Assembly: GCA_947487055.1 (NCBI GenBank)
Contig: CANKVN010000002.1
Span: 820 to 64,819 of the forward strand
Direction: 5' to 3'
Source: Flavobacteriales bacterium
GTDB taxonomy: Bacteria; Bacteroidota; Bacteroidia; NS11-12g; UBA955
DNA length: 64,000 nt
Positions 29,902 to 37,959 of this stretch are shown here, piece after piece. A program made the translations under genes and the position numbers. The notes beneath the pieces were generated by a model, which did not search any database, was not told the origin of the DNA, and saw only the letters and a list, made by a program, of their open reading frames with translations. Every line of letters begins with the position of its first letter. The first letter of the stretch is position 1.

Positions 29902-30999
29902 ATGACAAATAATTGGCTGCAAACCATGAACTTTGCATCAATGAACCGCATTTTCGCCATTTTTGTTGGCTTAACCCTCGTTTTCTCGGGTTGTAAATCT
30001 GGCAACAAAAAGGATTTACCACCCACGGAAGGAGCTCCCGGAGAAGTTTTTGTGGTTTGCCACGAATCTTTGAAGGAAGAAACAGAAGTCCGTTTTAAAA
30101 CCGGCTACAAGAATTTCTCACCTGTATTGCTGATGGCCGAACAGGCTGAGAAAAGGGCTTTTGAGCCCACCTTCAATTTTTGGTTTGGAAGACCCGAAAG
30201 CTTTGAAGGCATGGAAAAGCAATCTCCTTTGATCCTGGTAATGGAAATCGGAGGTAAAACTGCTGGCAATTACAGCGATGAATTAAGGGCATTAAAACCC
30301 CAAAGCATCAGCAATGGCAGGGGTTTTGAACTCCACCTTTATAAAAATGTTTGGGCGAAAAAACAAACCGTTATTCGTTGTGTAACGGAGTCAATGGTTG
30401 AAGATTTTCAATCATTTACCGAGGCAATTACACCCATTTTGCTTGCAGAAGAAACCGCTCAGGGGTTGCCCGGAAACCTCGCGCCCACAGCCTATTGCGA
30501 TTCTGTAGCCAAACTCATCCGCGGAAATTTTGGATATTCATTTGCATTTCCTCCGCAATTCAAGTTGCAGTTTTCCAACCGCGAAGTGGTTTGGCTTTGG
30601 CAGGAAACTCCGCGGTTTTACAGGCATTTATTTGTCAATACCTTCAGCGATTCTATCATCATAGACAACCCCCAAAAAGCAGTTGCCAACCGCAATGCAT
30701 TTACTACGAAGTATGTGAAAAACACAGAGGGAACCCGCGTGGTGGTGAGCGAAAGCGCCCTTTTTCCGCTTATTTGGGAAAACAATGTTAAGCTCGGAAA
30801 ACACACCGTTAACATACTGAGGGGCTGGTATACTGAAGAAGGAACGTTCCGCAGGGGACCATTTGTACGTTACTTTTTCCACGATAAAGCCAACAACAGA
30901 ATCATTGCCATGGACGGTTTTCTCCATGCCCCTGATATGGCCAAATTGCCATTTTACCGCTCGTTTGATTTGATTGCGGCTTCAATGAATTTGCCATGA
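29902..30999 (+). CDS. DUF4837-family lipoprotein
   Basis: Lipoprotein signal ...FVGLTLVFSGC. Conserved Bacteroidota-only family. Alternative starts at 29926 and 29941. Confidence 0.6.
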   Translation: MTNNWLQTMNFASMNRIFAIFVGLTLVFSGCKSGNKKDLPPTEGAPGEVFVVCHESLKEETEVRFKTGYKNFSPVLLMAEQAEKRAFEPTFNFWFGRPESFEGMEKQSPLILVMEIGGKTAGNYSDELRALKPQSISNGRGFELHLYKNVWAKKQTVIRCVTESMVEDFQSFTEAITPILLAEETAQGLPGNLAPTAYCDSVAKLIRGNFGYSFAFPPQFKLQFSNREVVWLWQETPRFYRHLFVNTFSDSIIIDNPQKAVANRNAFTTKYVKNTEGTRVVVSESALFPLIWENNVKLGKHTVNILRGWYTEEGTFRRGPFVRYFFHDKANNRIIAMDGFLHAPDMAKLPFYRSFDLIAASMNLP

Positions 31000-31568
31000 G
31001 CATGAAATCCATTGTGGTATTTGCTTCCGGCAGTGGCACCAATGCAGAAAACATCATTCGTTTTTACCAGGGCGGTGACAAAGCCCGCGTTAGTGCCGTC
31101 TTTTGCAACAACCCGGAGGCGGGAGTCATCGAAAAGGCAGAAAATCTCAATGTACCCGTGGTATTGTTCAACAGAGAACAATTGCTAACCCCCGGTTTTA
31201 TAGAAACACAATTAACCCACTACCAAACCGACCTGATTGTCCTTGCCGGGTTTTTATGGTTATTCCCGGCCAGGCTGGTGCAATTGTATCCGGGAAAAAT
31301 TTTAAACATTCATCCGGCCCTGCTGCCAGCCTATGGAGGAAAGGGTATGTATGGGAACCATGTTCACAAAGCCGTTCTTGCAAACCGCGAACACGAACAT
31401 GGGGTTACCGTTCATTTGGTAAATGAACATTATGATGAAGGCGATATCGTGATGCAGGAATCATTCCCCATTGAAGCAAGCGAAACCCTGGAAAGCGTAA
31501 CTAAAAAAATACACCTCTTGGAATTTAGCATTTACCCCAAGGCCATTTCAAAGATTTTGGGTATTTAA
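30996..31568 (+). CDS. purN: phosphoribosylglycinamide formyltransferase
   Basis: FASGSGTN N-terminus. NIHPALLPAYGG and HxVxxxxDxG formyltransferase motifs. 190 aa. 4-nt overlap with the upstream gene. Confidence 0.9.
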   Translation: MSMKSIVVFASGSGTNAENIIRFYQGGDKARVSAVFCNNPEAGVIEKAENLNVPVVLFNREQLLTPGFIETQLTHYQTDLIVLAGFLWLFPARLVQLYPGKILNIHPALLPAYGGKGMYGNHVHKAVLANREHEHGVTVHLVNEHYDEGDIVMQESFPIEASETLESVTKKIHLLEFSIYPKAISKILGI

Positions 31569-31620
31569 TGCGTTTTGTATTGCAGGATATTCTTTTGAGA
31601 ATCTTGATAATTATTACTTA

Positions 31621-32217
31621 ATGCAAAAAACAACACAACTCTTGTTATGCCTTTTCCTGATTGTTTCTTGCCAGCCGAAACAGCAGCAGAAAGTGGAAAA
31701 AAAACCTGATCCAGCGATAATGGAGCAAGAAGTACCGGACTTATTGGGGTACATAAAATCAAATAACATAGCTTCTAATGCATTGCAAATCAGGATTGAC
31801 AAATCAGATAAAATACTGGCTGTAATTCACAAGCAAAAGGTTTTGAAAACCTACCCTGTTGCCTTAGGTTCAAGCAAATTAGACGACAAACTCCAGGAAG
31901 GCGATAACCTTACACCGGAGGGCATTTTTTACATTCAGTCAAAATATCCGCATAAAAAGTGGCAATATTTCATGTGGTTAAATTATCCCACCGCGGCATC
32001 CTGGAAAAAACACAATCAGGCAAAAAAAGAGGGGAAAATCGGTAAAAATGCAAGTATTGGTGGCGAAGTGGGCATTCATGGCGTCGTTAAAGGCCGTGAT
32101 TTCCTGGTAAGCACCGGAATTCCCTGGACAAAAGGCTGCATTTCATTAAAAAACAAAGACTTAGAGATCATTTACCAAATCATTGGTAAAAAGACACCCA
32201 TTTACATACAAAAATAA
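31621..32217 (+). CDS. L,D-transpeptidase (YkuD/ErfK domain) lipoprotein
   Basis: Lipoprotein signal (LFLIVSC). Catalytic HG...S(T)xGC motif (IHGVVKG...TKGCISL). Confidence 0.8.
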   Translation: MQKTTQLLLCLFLIVSCQPKQQQKVEKKPDPAIMEQEVPDLLGYIKSNNIASNALQIRIDKSDKILAVIHKQKVLKTYPVALGSSKLDDKLQEGDNLTPEGIFYIQSKYPHKKWQYFMWLNYPTAASWKKHNQAKKEGKIGKNASIGGEVGIHGVVKGRDFLVSTGIPWTKGCISLKNKDLEIIYQIIGKKTPIYIQK

Positions 32218-32273
32218 TTGGCGCTCAAAAAAGCCGGATAGCAATTAACACCGAAATAGGCGAACTTTGCAGC

Positions 32274-33419
32274 ATGCACATCGAGACCAAAGTTTTGCAC
32301 GCCGGCATTCATCCGGATCCCAGCACCGGAGCCATCATGACTCCTATTTTCCAAACCAGCACCTATGTTCAGGCTGCACCCGGTGAACACAAGGGTTATG
32401 AATACGGAAGAACCCAAAACCCTACCAGGGATGTATTGCAGCAAAACCTTGCGGCACTGGAAGGCATGAACCATGGCTTGTGCTTTAGCACTGGAATGGG
32501 CGCTGTAGATGCTTGCGTGAAATTGTTACAACCTGGTGATGAAGTTATCAGCACCAACGATTTATATGGCGGAACCTATCGGATTTTCACCAAGGTATTT
32601 GAGCCTTATGGCATTCATTTCAAGTTTGTGGACATGACACAGCCCGATGCTGTAAAAGCAGCATTAACACCCAGAACCAAGATGATTTGGGCTGAAACCC
32701 CCACCAATCCATTGTTAAGAATTATTGATATTGAGGCTGTCGCTGCCATTGGCCACTCTGTGGGAGCCATTGTGGTAGTAGACAACACCTTTGCGAGTCC
32801 ATATTTACAAAATCCGGCCCTGTTTGGTGCCGATATTGTGATGCACAGCGCTACCAAATACCTGAACGGCCACAGCGACGTGGTACTGGGCGCATTGTGC
32901 GTAAACGATGATGCATTGTGCGCGCGATTGGCATTTATACAAAACAGCTGCGGTGCTACACCCGGTCCGCAGGATTGTTTTTTGGTGCTGCGTGGCATTA
33001 AAACGTTGCATGTGCGCATGCAAAGGCACTGTGAAAATGGCGAAAAAATCGCCCATTGGCTCAAGCAACACCCCAAAGTTGGTGAAGTGCACTGGCCAGG
33101 TTTTGAAAGCCATGCAGGGCATGCCGTGGCAAAGAAACAAATGCGTGGTTTTGGCGGAATGATTTCCTTTACCCTGAAAGACGATTCGGTTCAATCAGCA
33201 ATGAATTTCCTGAAAAACACCCACTTATTTTCACTTGCAGAAAGCCTTGGTGGCGTGGAAAGCCTAGTTGGACATCCTGCAACCATGACCCATGCCAGTA
33301 TTCCAAAAGCGCAGCGCGAAGCTTCCGGCCTAAAGGACTCATTGATTCGCCTGAGTGTGGGTATTGAACACATAGACGATTTAATTGGAGACCTCGAAAC
33401 CGCACTTGCTGCAGTATAA
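32274..33419 (+). CDS. PLP-dependent trans-sulfuration enzyme (cystathionine gamma-synthase / beta-lyase family)
   Basis: Cys/Met-metabolism PLP family. PLP-lysine region SATKYLNGHSDV. 381 aa. Confidence 0.85.
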   Translation: MHIETKVLHAGIHPDPSTGAIMTPIFQTSTYVQAAPGEHKGYEYGRTQNPTRDVLQQNLAALEGMNHGLCFSTGMGAVDACVKLLQPGDEVISTNDLYGGTYRIFTKVFEPYGIHFKFVDMTQPDAVKAALTPRTKMIWAETPTNPLLRIIDIEAVAAIGHSVGAIVVVDNTFASPYLQNPALFGADIVMHSATKYLNGHSDVVLGALCVNDDALCARLAFIQNSCGATPGPQDCFLVLRGIKTLHVRMQRHCENGEKIAHWLKQHPKVGEVHWPGFESHAGHAVAKKQMRGFGGMISFTLKDDSVQSAMNFLKNTHLFSLAESLGGVESLVGHPATMTHASIPKAQREASGLKDSLIRLSVGIEHIDDLIGDLETALAAV

Positions 33420-33425
33420 ACAGCT

Positions 33426-34211
33426 GTGAGAAAAACCGACATCAAAGCTGAGCTGGACAAGCTGGCGCTTATGTACAATCAGTCGGGGTTTATTCACAAC
33501 GATCCCATTTGCATTCCCCACCGGTTTTCAAAACCGCAGGATATAGAAATTTCCGGATTTTTTGCTGCGCTGCTCGCCTGGGGAACCCGCACAGGCATCA
33601 TCAACAGTGCTAGCAAGCTCATGGCGCTGATGGATAATTCCCCTCACGATTTCATTATCAACCACCAGGAAACCGACAGAAAAAACTTTGAGTATTGGGT
33701 GCACCGCACCTTTCAGTATGCGGATATGCTGTACTTTCTAGAATGGCTGCAATACCATTATCAGCAAAACAACAGCCTTGAGAGCGCATTCAACAAAGGA
33801 TTGAGCCCCAACGATGAGCATGTGGGAAATGCGTTAATTCACTTTCACCATTATTTTTTTTCGTTGCCACACCTGAGCAGAACACACAAACATTTGCAAA
33901 CACCTGAACGCAAAAGTGCCTGCAAAAGATTAAACCTGTTTCTTCGATGGATGGTTCGCAAAGACACGGCAGGTGTAGATTTCGGGCTTTGGAATTCTAT
34001 CAAACCCTCACAATTAATTTGCCCATTGGATGTGCATGTGCACCGAACAGCAACCCAGCTTAAGTTAATCAGCAGAAAACAGGCAGACTGGCAGGCAGCA
34101 ATTGAACTAACAGACCAGCTCAAAAAATGGAATGCCGAAGACCCTGTGATGTATGATTTTGCGCTGTTTGGATGGGGAATTCAGCAAAGTGGAAAACAGG
34201 TGATTAAATGA
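33426..34211 (+). CDS. TIGR02757 (DUF2400) family protein
   Basis: Conserved motifs DPICIPHRF, ALLAWGTR and CPLDVHV characteristic of this uncharacterised family. Confidence 0.7.
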   Translation: MRKTDIKAELDKLALMYNQSGFIHNDPICIPHRFSKPQDIEISGFFAALLAWGTRTGIINSASKLMALMDNSPHDFIINHQETDRKNFEYWVHRTFQYADMLYFLEWLQYHYQQNNSLESAFNKGLSPNDEHVGNALIHFHHYFFSLPHLSRTHKHLQTPERKSACKRLNLFLRWMVRKDTAGVDFGLWNSIKPSQLICPLDVHVHRTATQLKLISRKQADWQAAIELTDQLKKWNAEDPVMYDFALFGWGIQQSGKQVIK

Positions 34212-34285
34212 CGAAATGGCAGCAGATAATTACTGCTTATCTTTGGAACGAGATTTGAAAATATAACAATACTAATAATAAATTT

Positions 34286-34603
34286 ATGGCTGAAACTTTC
34301 ACAAGCGGCAACTGGAATGAAAAGGTGCTGCAATCCGACAAACCTGTATTGGTTGACTTCTGGGCAGAATGGTGTGGTCCTTGCCGCATGATTGGTCCTA
34401 TCGTTGAAGAAATTGCAAAAGAATATGATGGCAAAGCCGTGGTAGGCAAACTAAACGTGGATGAAAACGGCGAAATCGCTACAGAATATGGCATTCGCAG
34501 TATTCCTACCCTTTTGGTATTCAAAGGCGGACAAATCGTAGACCGTGTGGTTGGTGCTGTTCCCAAACCATCCATCACACAGAAAATTGACGCTGCAATC
34601 TAA
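34286..34603 (+). CDS. trxA: thioredoxin
   Basis: WCGPC active site. 105 aa. Confidence 0.95.
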   Translation: MAETFTSGNWNEKVLQSDKPVLVDFWAEWCGPCRMIGPIVEEIAKEYDGKAVVGKLNVDENGEIATEYGIRSIPTLLVFKGGQIVDRVVGAVPKPSITQKIDAAI

Positions 34604-34623
34604 TTTTAATTTTTAGATAGTTG

Positions 34624-34654
34624 AAAAAGGCCGGTTTGCCGGTCTTTTTCTTTT
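34624..34654 (+). terminator. rho-independent terminator after trxA
   Basis: aaaaaggccgg-tttg-ccggtcttttt hairpin (one G.U pair) followed by a T-rich tract. Confidence 0.6.
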
Positions 34655-34667
34655 GTATATTTGATAC

Positions 34668-35576
34668 ATGTTGCTGGAAGAGGTACAATCCTACACCAAT
34701 CTCGAACTGCTTGCCCGGCAAGTGGTGGAAGGATTTATTACCGGAATACACCGCAGCCCATTTCATGGATTTTCGGTTGAATTTGCCGAACACCGCCCTT
34801 ACAATCCAGGGGAAAGTACAAAAAACATTGACTGGAAACTCTTTGCACGCACCGACAGGATTTATACCAAACGATTCGAAGAAGAAACCAATTTGCGCTG
34901 CCGTCTGCTGCTCGACATTTCGGGCAGTATGTTTTTCCCTCAGGAAAATGCTGCAAAAATCCGCTTTTCGGTGCTCGCTGCCGCATCGATATGTCAGTTG
35001 CTACAAGGGCAGCGGGATGCCTTTGGCATTGGCTTATTTGACAGTGAAATCAGGTATTTAAGCCCTTTGCGCAGCAGCCGTTCGCACTTGATTGAAACCC
35101 TGAGCAAACTTCAGCCATTGTGGGAGAACCCCCAAATGCCGGCCGAAACCGGAGACACTCATATTGCGAAAGCCCTGGAGCAGATTGCTGCAACCAGCCA
35201 CAAAAGAAGCCTGATTGTGGTTTTCAGTGATATGTTTGAAAACACCGATAACCAGGAGCCACTATGGCAGGCCTTGCAGCATTTGAAATATGCCAAAAAC
35301 GAGGTCATCCTCTTCCATGTTCAGCACGAGTCCAAGGAAAGTAAACTGATGTATGAAAACCGCCCCATGCGCTTTGTGGACGCAGAAAGCGGAGATAAAA
35401 TAATATTGAACCCTGCTGAAGTTAAAGAAGCTTATGCTCAGCAATCCTTGTTATTGGAAAAATCCATCAAGCAACGATGCCTGCAATACAACATTGATTT
35501 TTACCCCATCAATGTGGAACAGGATTTCCACCAGGTGCTCCTTCCCTTTTACCTCAAGAGAATGAAGATGTCCTGA
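34668..35576 (+). CDS. DUF58-domain protein (vWA-like, normally a MoxR-ATPase partner)
   Basis: HRSPFHGFSVEFAEHRPYNPGES... then a vWA-like DxSxS (LLLDISGSM). 302 aa. Confidence 0.8.
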   Translation: MLLEEVQSYTNLELLARQVVEGFITGIHRSPFHGFSVEFAEHRPYNPGESTKNIDWKLFARTDRIYTKRFEEETNLRCRLLLDISGSMFFPQENAAKIRFSVLAAASICQLLQGQRDAFGIGLFDSEIRYLSPLRSSRSHLIETLSKLQPLWENPQMPAETGDTHIAKALEQIAATSHKRSLIVVFSDMFENTDNQEPLWQALQHLKYAKNEVILFHVQHESKESKLMYENRPMRFVDAESGDKIILNPAEVKEAYAQQSLLLEKSIKQRCLQYNIDFYPINVEQDFHQVLLPFYLKRMKMS

Positions 35577-36914
35577 TTAACGATCAAATTGCAGGCGCAT
35601 TGGGCTGTAGGTTTCTGTTAATTGTCCATCCCAGCCCAAAACACCATTCACCCATACTTTTTCAATGCTGTGGTTAAAGGTATTTCCAAGCAATGGGCTC
35701 CATCCGCATTTGTAAAAAATATTGTCTTTCGTAACCTGATAGCTTTTGTTTGGATTAACCATCACCAAATCCGCAAAATAGCCTTCTCGGATATATCCAC
35801 GCTGCTTCAGCTGAAAGCATTCTGCTGGCTTATGGCACATTTTATCGATAACCTTTTCATAACTGATTTTGCCAGATGCCGCGTATTGCAACATCAACTG
35901 CAGACTGTGCTGCACCAACGGCAACCCAGAGGGGCTTTTGGGATACGCTTGCTGTTTTTCTTCCCAGGTATGTGGGGCGTGGTCTGTAGCAATTATATCC
36001 AGCCTGTCGTCTAAAAGGGCCTGCCACAAAGCGTCGCGGTGCCTGGATTCTTTAATGGCCGGATTGCACTTTATCAGGTTTCCCAGCGTTGCGTAATCAT
36101 CTGCTGTAAAATGAAGGTGGTGAACACATACTTCGGCGGTAATGCGTTTTTCCGAAAGTGGAATATCGTTGCGGAAAAGGGTTAATTCCTTTTCTGTGGT
36201 TATGTGCAATATGTGCAGGCGGGTGTTGTGTTTCAGGGCTAAATCACGCGCAAATGAGGAACTTAGATAGCAGGCTTCTTCATCGCGAATGGCGGCATGC
36301 TCTGCAGGTGGAACCTGATCTCCGTATTTATCTAACCACAATGCTGTTCTGGACTTTACGCGGGCCTCATTTTCGCAATGGGTAGCTATCAATACCGGTA
36401 TTTCGCTAAAAATGCGGTCCAAAACCTGCTCATCATCCACCAGCATATCCCCCGTGCTGCTGCCCATGAATATTTTCACGCCGCAGGTATTTTGGGGATC
36501 CACCCGTTTCAATTCGTCAAGATTCTGGTTTGTGGTGCCCATGAAAAATGAGTAATTCACGGCACTTCGTGCTGCACCAATGGCCATTTTTTCTTCTAAA
36601 CGTTCAATGGTGGTGGTCAATGGATTCACATTGGGCATCTCCATGTATGAAGTAACTCCACCGGCCAGTGCAGCCCGGCTTTCTGTCGCTATTTCCGCCT
36701 TGTGTGTGAGGCCTGGCTCCCTGAAATGAACCTGATCGTCAATAACACCCGGAATGATAATACAGCCCGCTGCATCAACCTCATCTCCACCGCTGCCGGA
36801 TATCCCGTTTCGTTCAATTCTGGCGATAAATGCGTCTTCCAGCTGGATGTCCGCAAAATACGTTTCTCCCTCATTGATAATCTGTGCGTTCCTGATCAGC
36901 GTTTTCCTTGCCAT
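35577..36914 (-). CDS. pyrC: dihydroorotase (cyclic amidohydrolase family)
   Basis: HxH metal motif (DDQVHFREPG) and amidohydrolase fold. Start set to the ATG at 36914 (MARKTLIRNAQIIN). Confidence 0.8.
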   Translation of the reverse strand: MARKTLIRNAQIINEGETYFADIQLEDAFIARIERNGISGSGGDEVDAAGCIIIPGVIDDQVHFREPGLTHKAEIATESRAALAGGVTSYMEMPNVNPLTTTIERLEEKMAIGAARSAVNYSFFMGTTNQNLDELKRVDPQNTCGVKIFMGSSTGDMLVDDEQVLDRIFSEIPVLIATHCENEARVKSRTALWLDKYGDQVPPAEHAAIRDEEACYLSSSFARDLALKHNTRLHILHITTEKELTLFRNDIPLSEKRITAEVCVHHLHFTADDYATLGNLIKCNPAIKESRHRDALWQALLDDRLDIIATDHAPHTWEEKQQAYPKSPSGLPLVQHSLQLMLQYAASGKISYEKVIDKMCHKPAECFQLKQRGYIREGYFADLVMVNPNKSYQVTKDNIFYKCGWSPLLGNTFNHSIEKVWVNGVLGWDGQLTETYSPMRLQFDR

Positions 36915-37056
36915 ATTAACACAAAGGTACATCGGCCGGCAAAAGCATGCTATGATTTATTTCTATATGATGGTAAAAATGGATACGGATGATGTTTGTC
37001 ATTTTTTTTACACTAAGAGGCCAATAGCTTCGTATCATAATCAAACCCCAATAGCC

Positions 37057-37488
37057 ATGATAGACATTCCAGAAAACCACCTTGCGCATACCGTTATCGG
37101 ACTTGCGATTGAAATCCACAAGGCATTAGGACCAGGCCTCCACGAAGACGCCTACAAAGAATGCCTGTTGTACGAATTGAAGCGAAATGGTATAGATACC
37201 ACCCACATGAAACCCTTGTCCGTTAATTACAAAGACTTACATTTGGAAAACGGATACACCATTGATTTGGTGCTGGACGAGAAACTGGCAGTGGAAATCG
37301 AAACCTGTGATCAGATTACCGACAAAGATGTCAATAAAATGTTGCGAAACATGAAATTGGGCAATTACAGGTTGGGCCTTATCATTAACTTCAATTCGCC
37401 ACTGCTGAAAAACGGAATAAGGCGCGTGGCAAACCACCGCATGATGCCAGAGGAAAACCACATGGTGAGTGAGTACGCTCGATATTAA
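37057..37488 (+). CDS. GxxExxY protein (PD-(D/E)XK-like)
   Basis: Family-typical N-terminus ENHLAHTVIGLAIEIHKALGPGLHEDAYKECLLYEL. Start set to the ATG at 37057. The upstream part of the 244-aa ORF is antisense to pyrC. Confidence 0.75.
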   Translation: MIDIPENHLAHTVIGLAIEIHKALGPGLHEDAYKECLLYELKRNGIDTTHMKPLSVNYKDLHLENGYTIDLVLDEKLAVEIETCDQITDKDVNKMLRNMKLGNYRLGLIINFNSPLLKNGIRRVANHRMMPEENHMVSEYARY

Positions 37489-37512
37489 TGACAACATGGG
37501 TAAATTCGCGCC

Positions 37513-37959
37513 GTGATTAGTGGTGCGTTTAACATCCGTGTTTACGGCATAGCCTTAAAAAACCGCCAAGTTTTGATTTCTTCAGAACTTGGCGGCAATC
37601 ATGCATTTACCAAATTTCCCGGAGGCGGTCTTGAGCCCGGAGAAGGACTTGCAGATTGCCTTATCAGGGAAATGCGGGAAGAACTGCAAACCGATGTTTC
37701 GGTGGGAACTTTGTTTTATGTAAATGATTTTTACCAGCCCAGCGCATTTAATCCTGCGCAACAAATTATATCATTTTACTACTTCATGGAACTAAATCCT
37801 GAATTGATGGCACACCGCGCCATTGAGAAGCGCTGGAACAAAGAATACATAGTTGAATTCCGATGGGAAAACCTGGAAGACCTTCAGCTGGAGGATCTTA
37901 GTTTCCCTATTGATAAACAGGTGCTGGAAAAACTAAAAGAAGGCTACCTTAGCAAGTGA
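37513..37959 (+). CDS. NUDIX hydrolase
   Basis: Nudix box GGLEPGEGLADCLIREMREELQ. 148 aa. Confidence 0.8.
   Translation: MISGAFNIRVYGIALKNRQVLISSELGGNHAFTKFPGGGLEPGEGLADCLIREMREELQTDVSVGTLFYVNDFYQPSAFNPAQQIISFYYFMELNPELMAHRAIEKRWNKEYIVEFRWENLEDLQLEDLSFPIDKQVLEKLKEGYLSK

Noticed and set aside
32218-32273. Possible SAM riboswitch upstream of the metB-like gene
   Set aside because: Only 56 nt of leader, too short for an S-box or SAM-II element, and no conserved motifs seen.
36754-37056. N-terminal 101 codons of the 244-aa ORF preceding the GxxExxY domain
   Set aside because: The upstream part overlaps the pyrC coding region in antisense. The family-typical N-terminus begins at the ATG at 37057.
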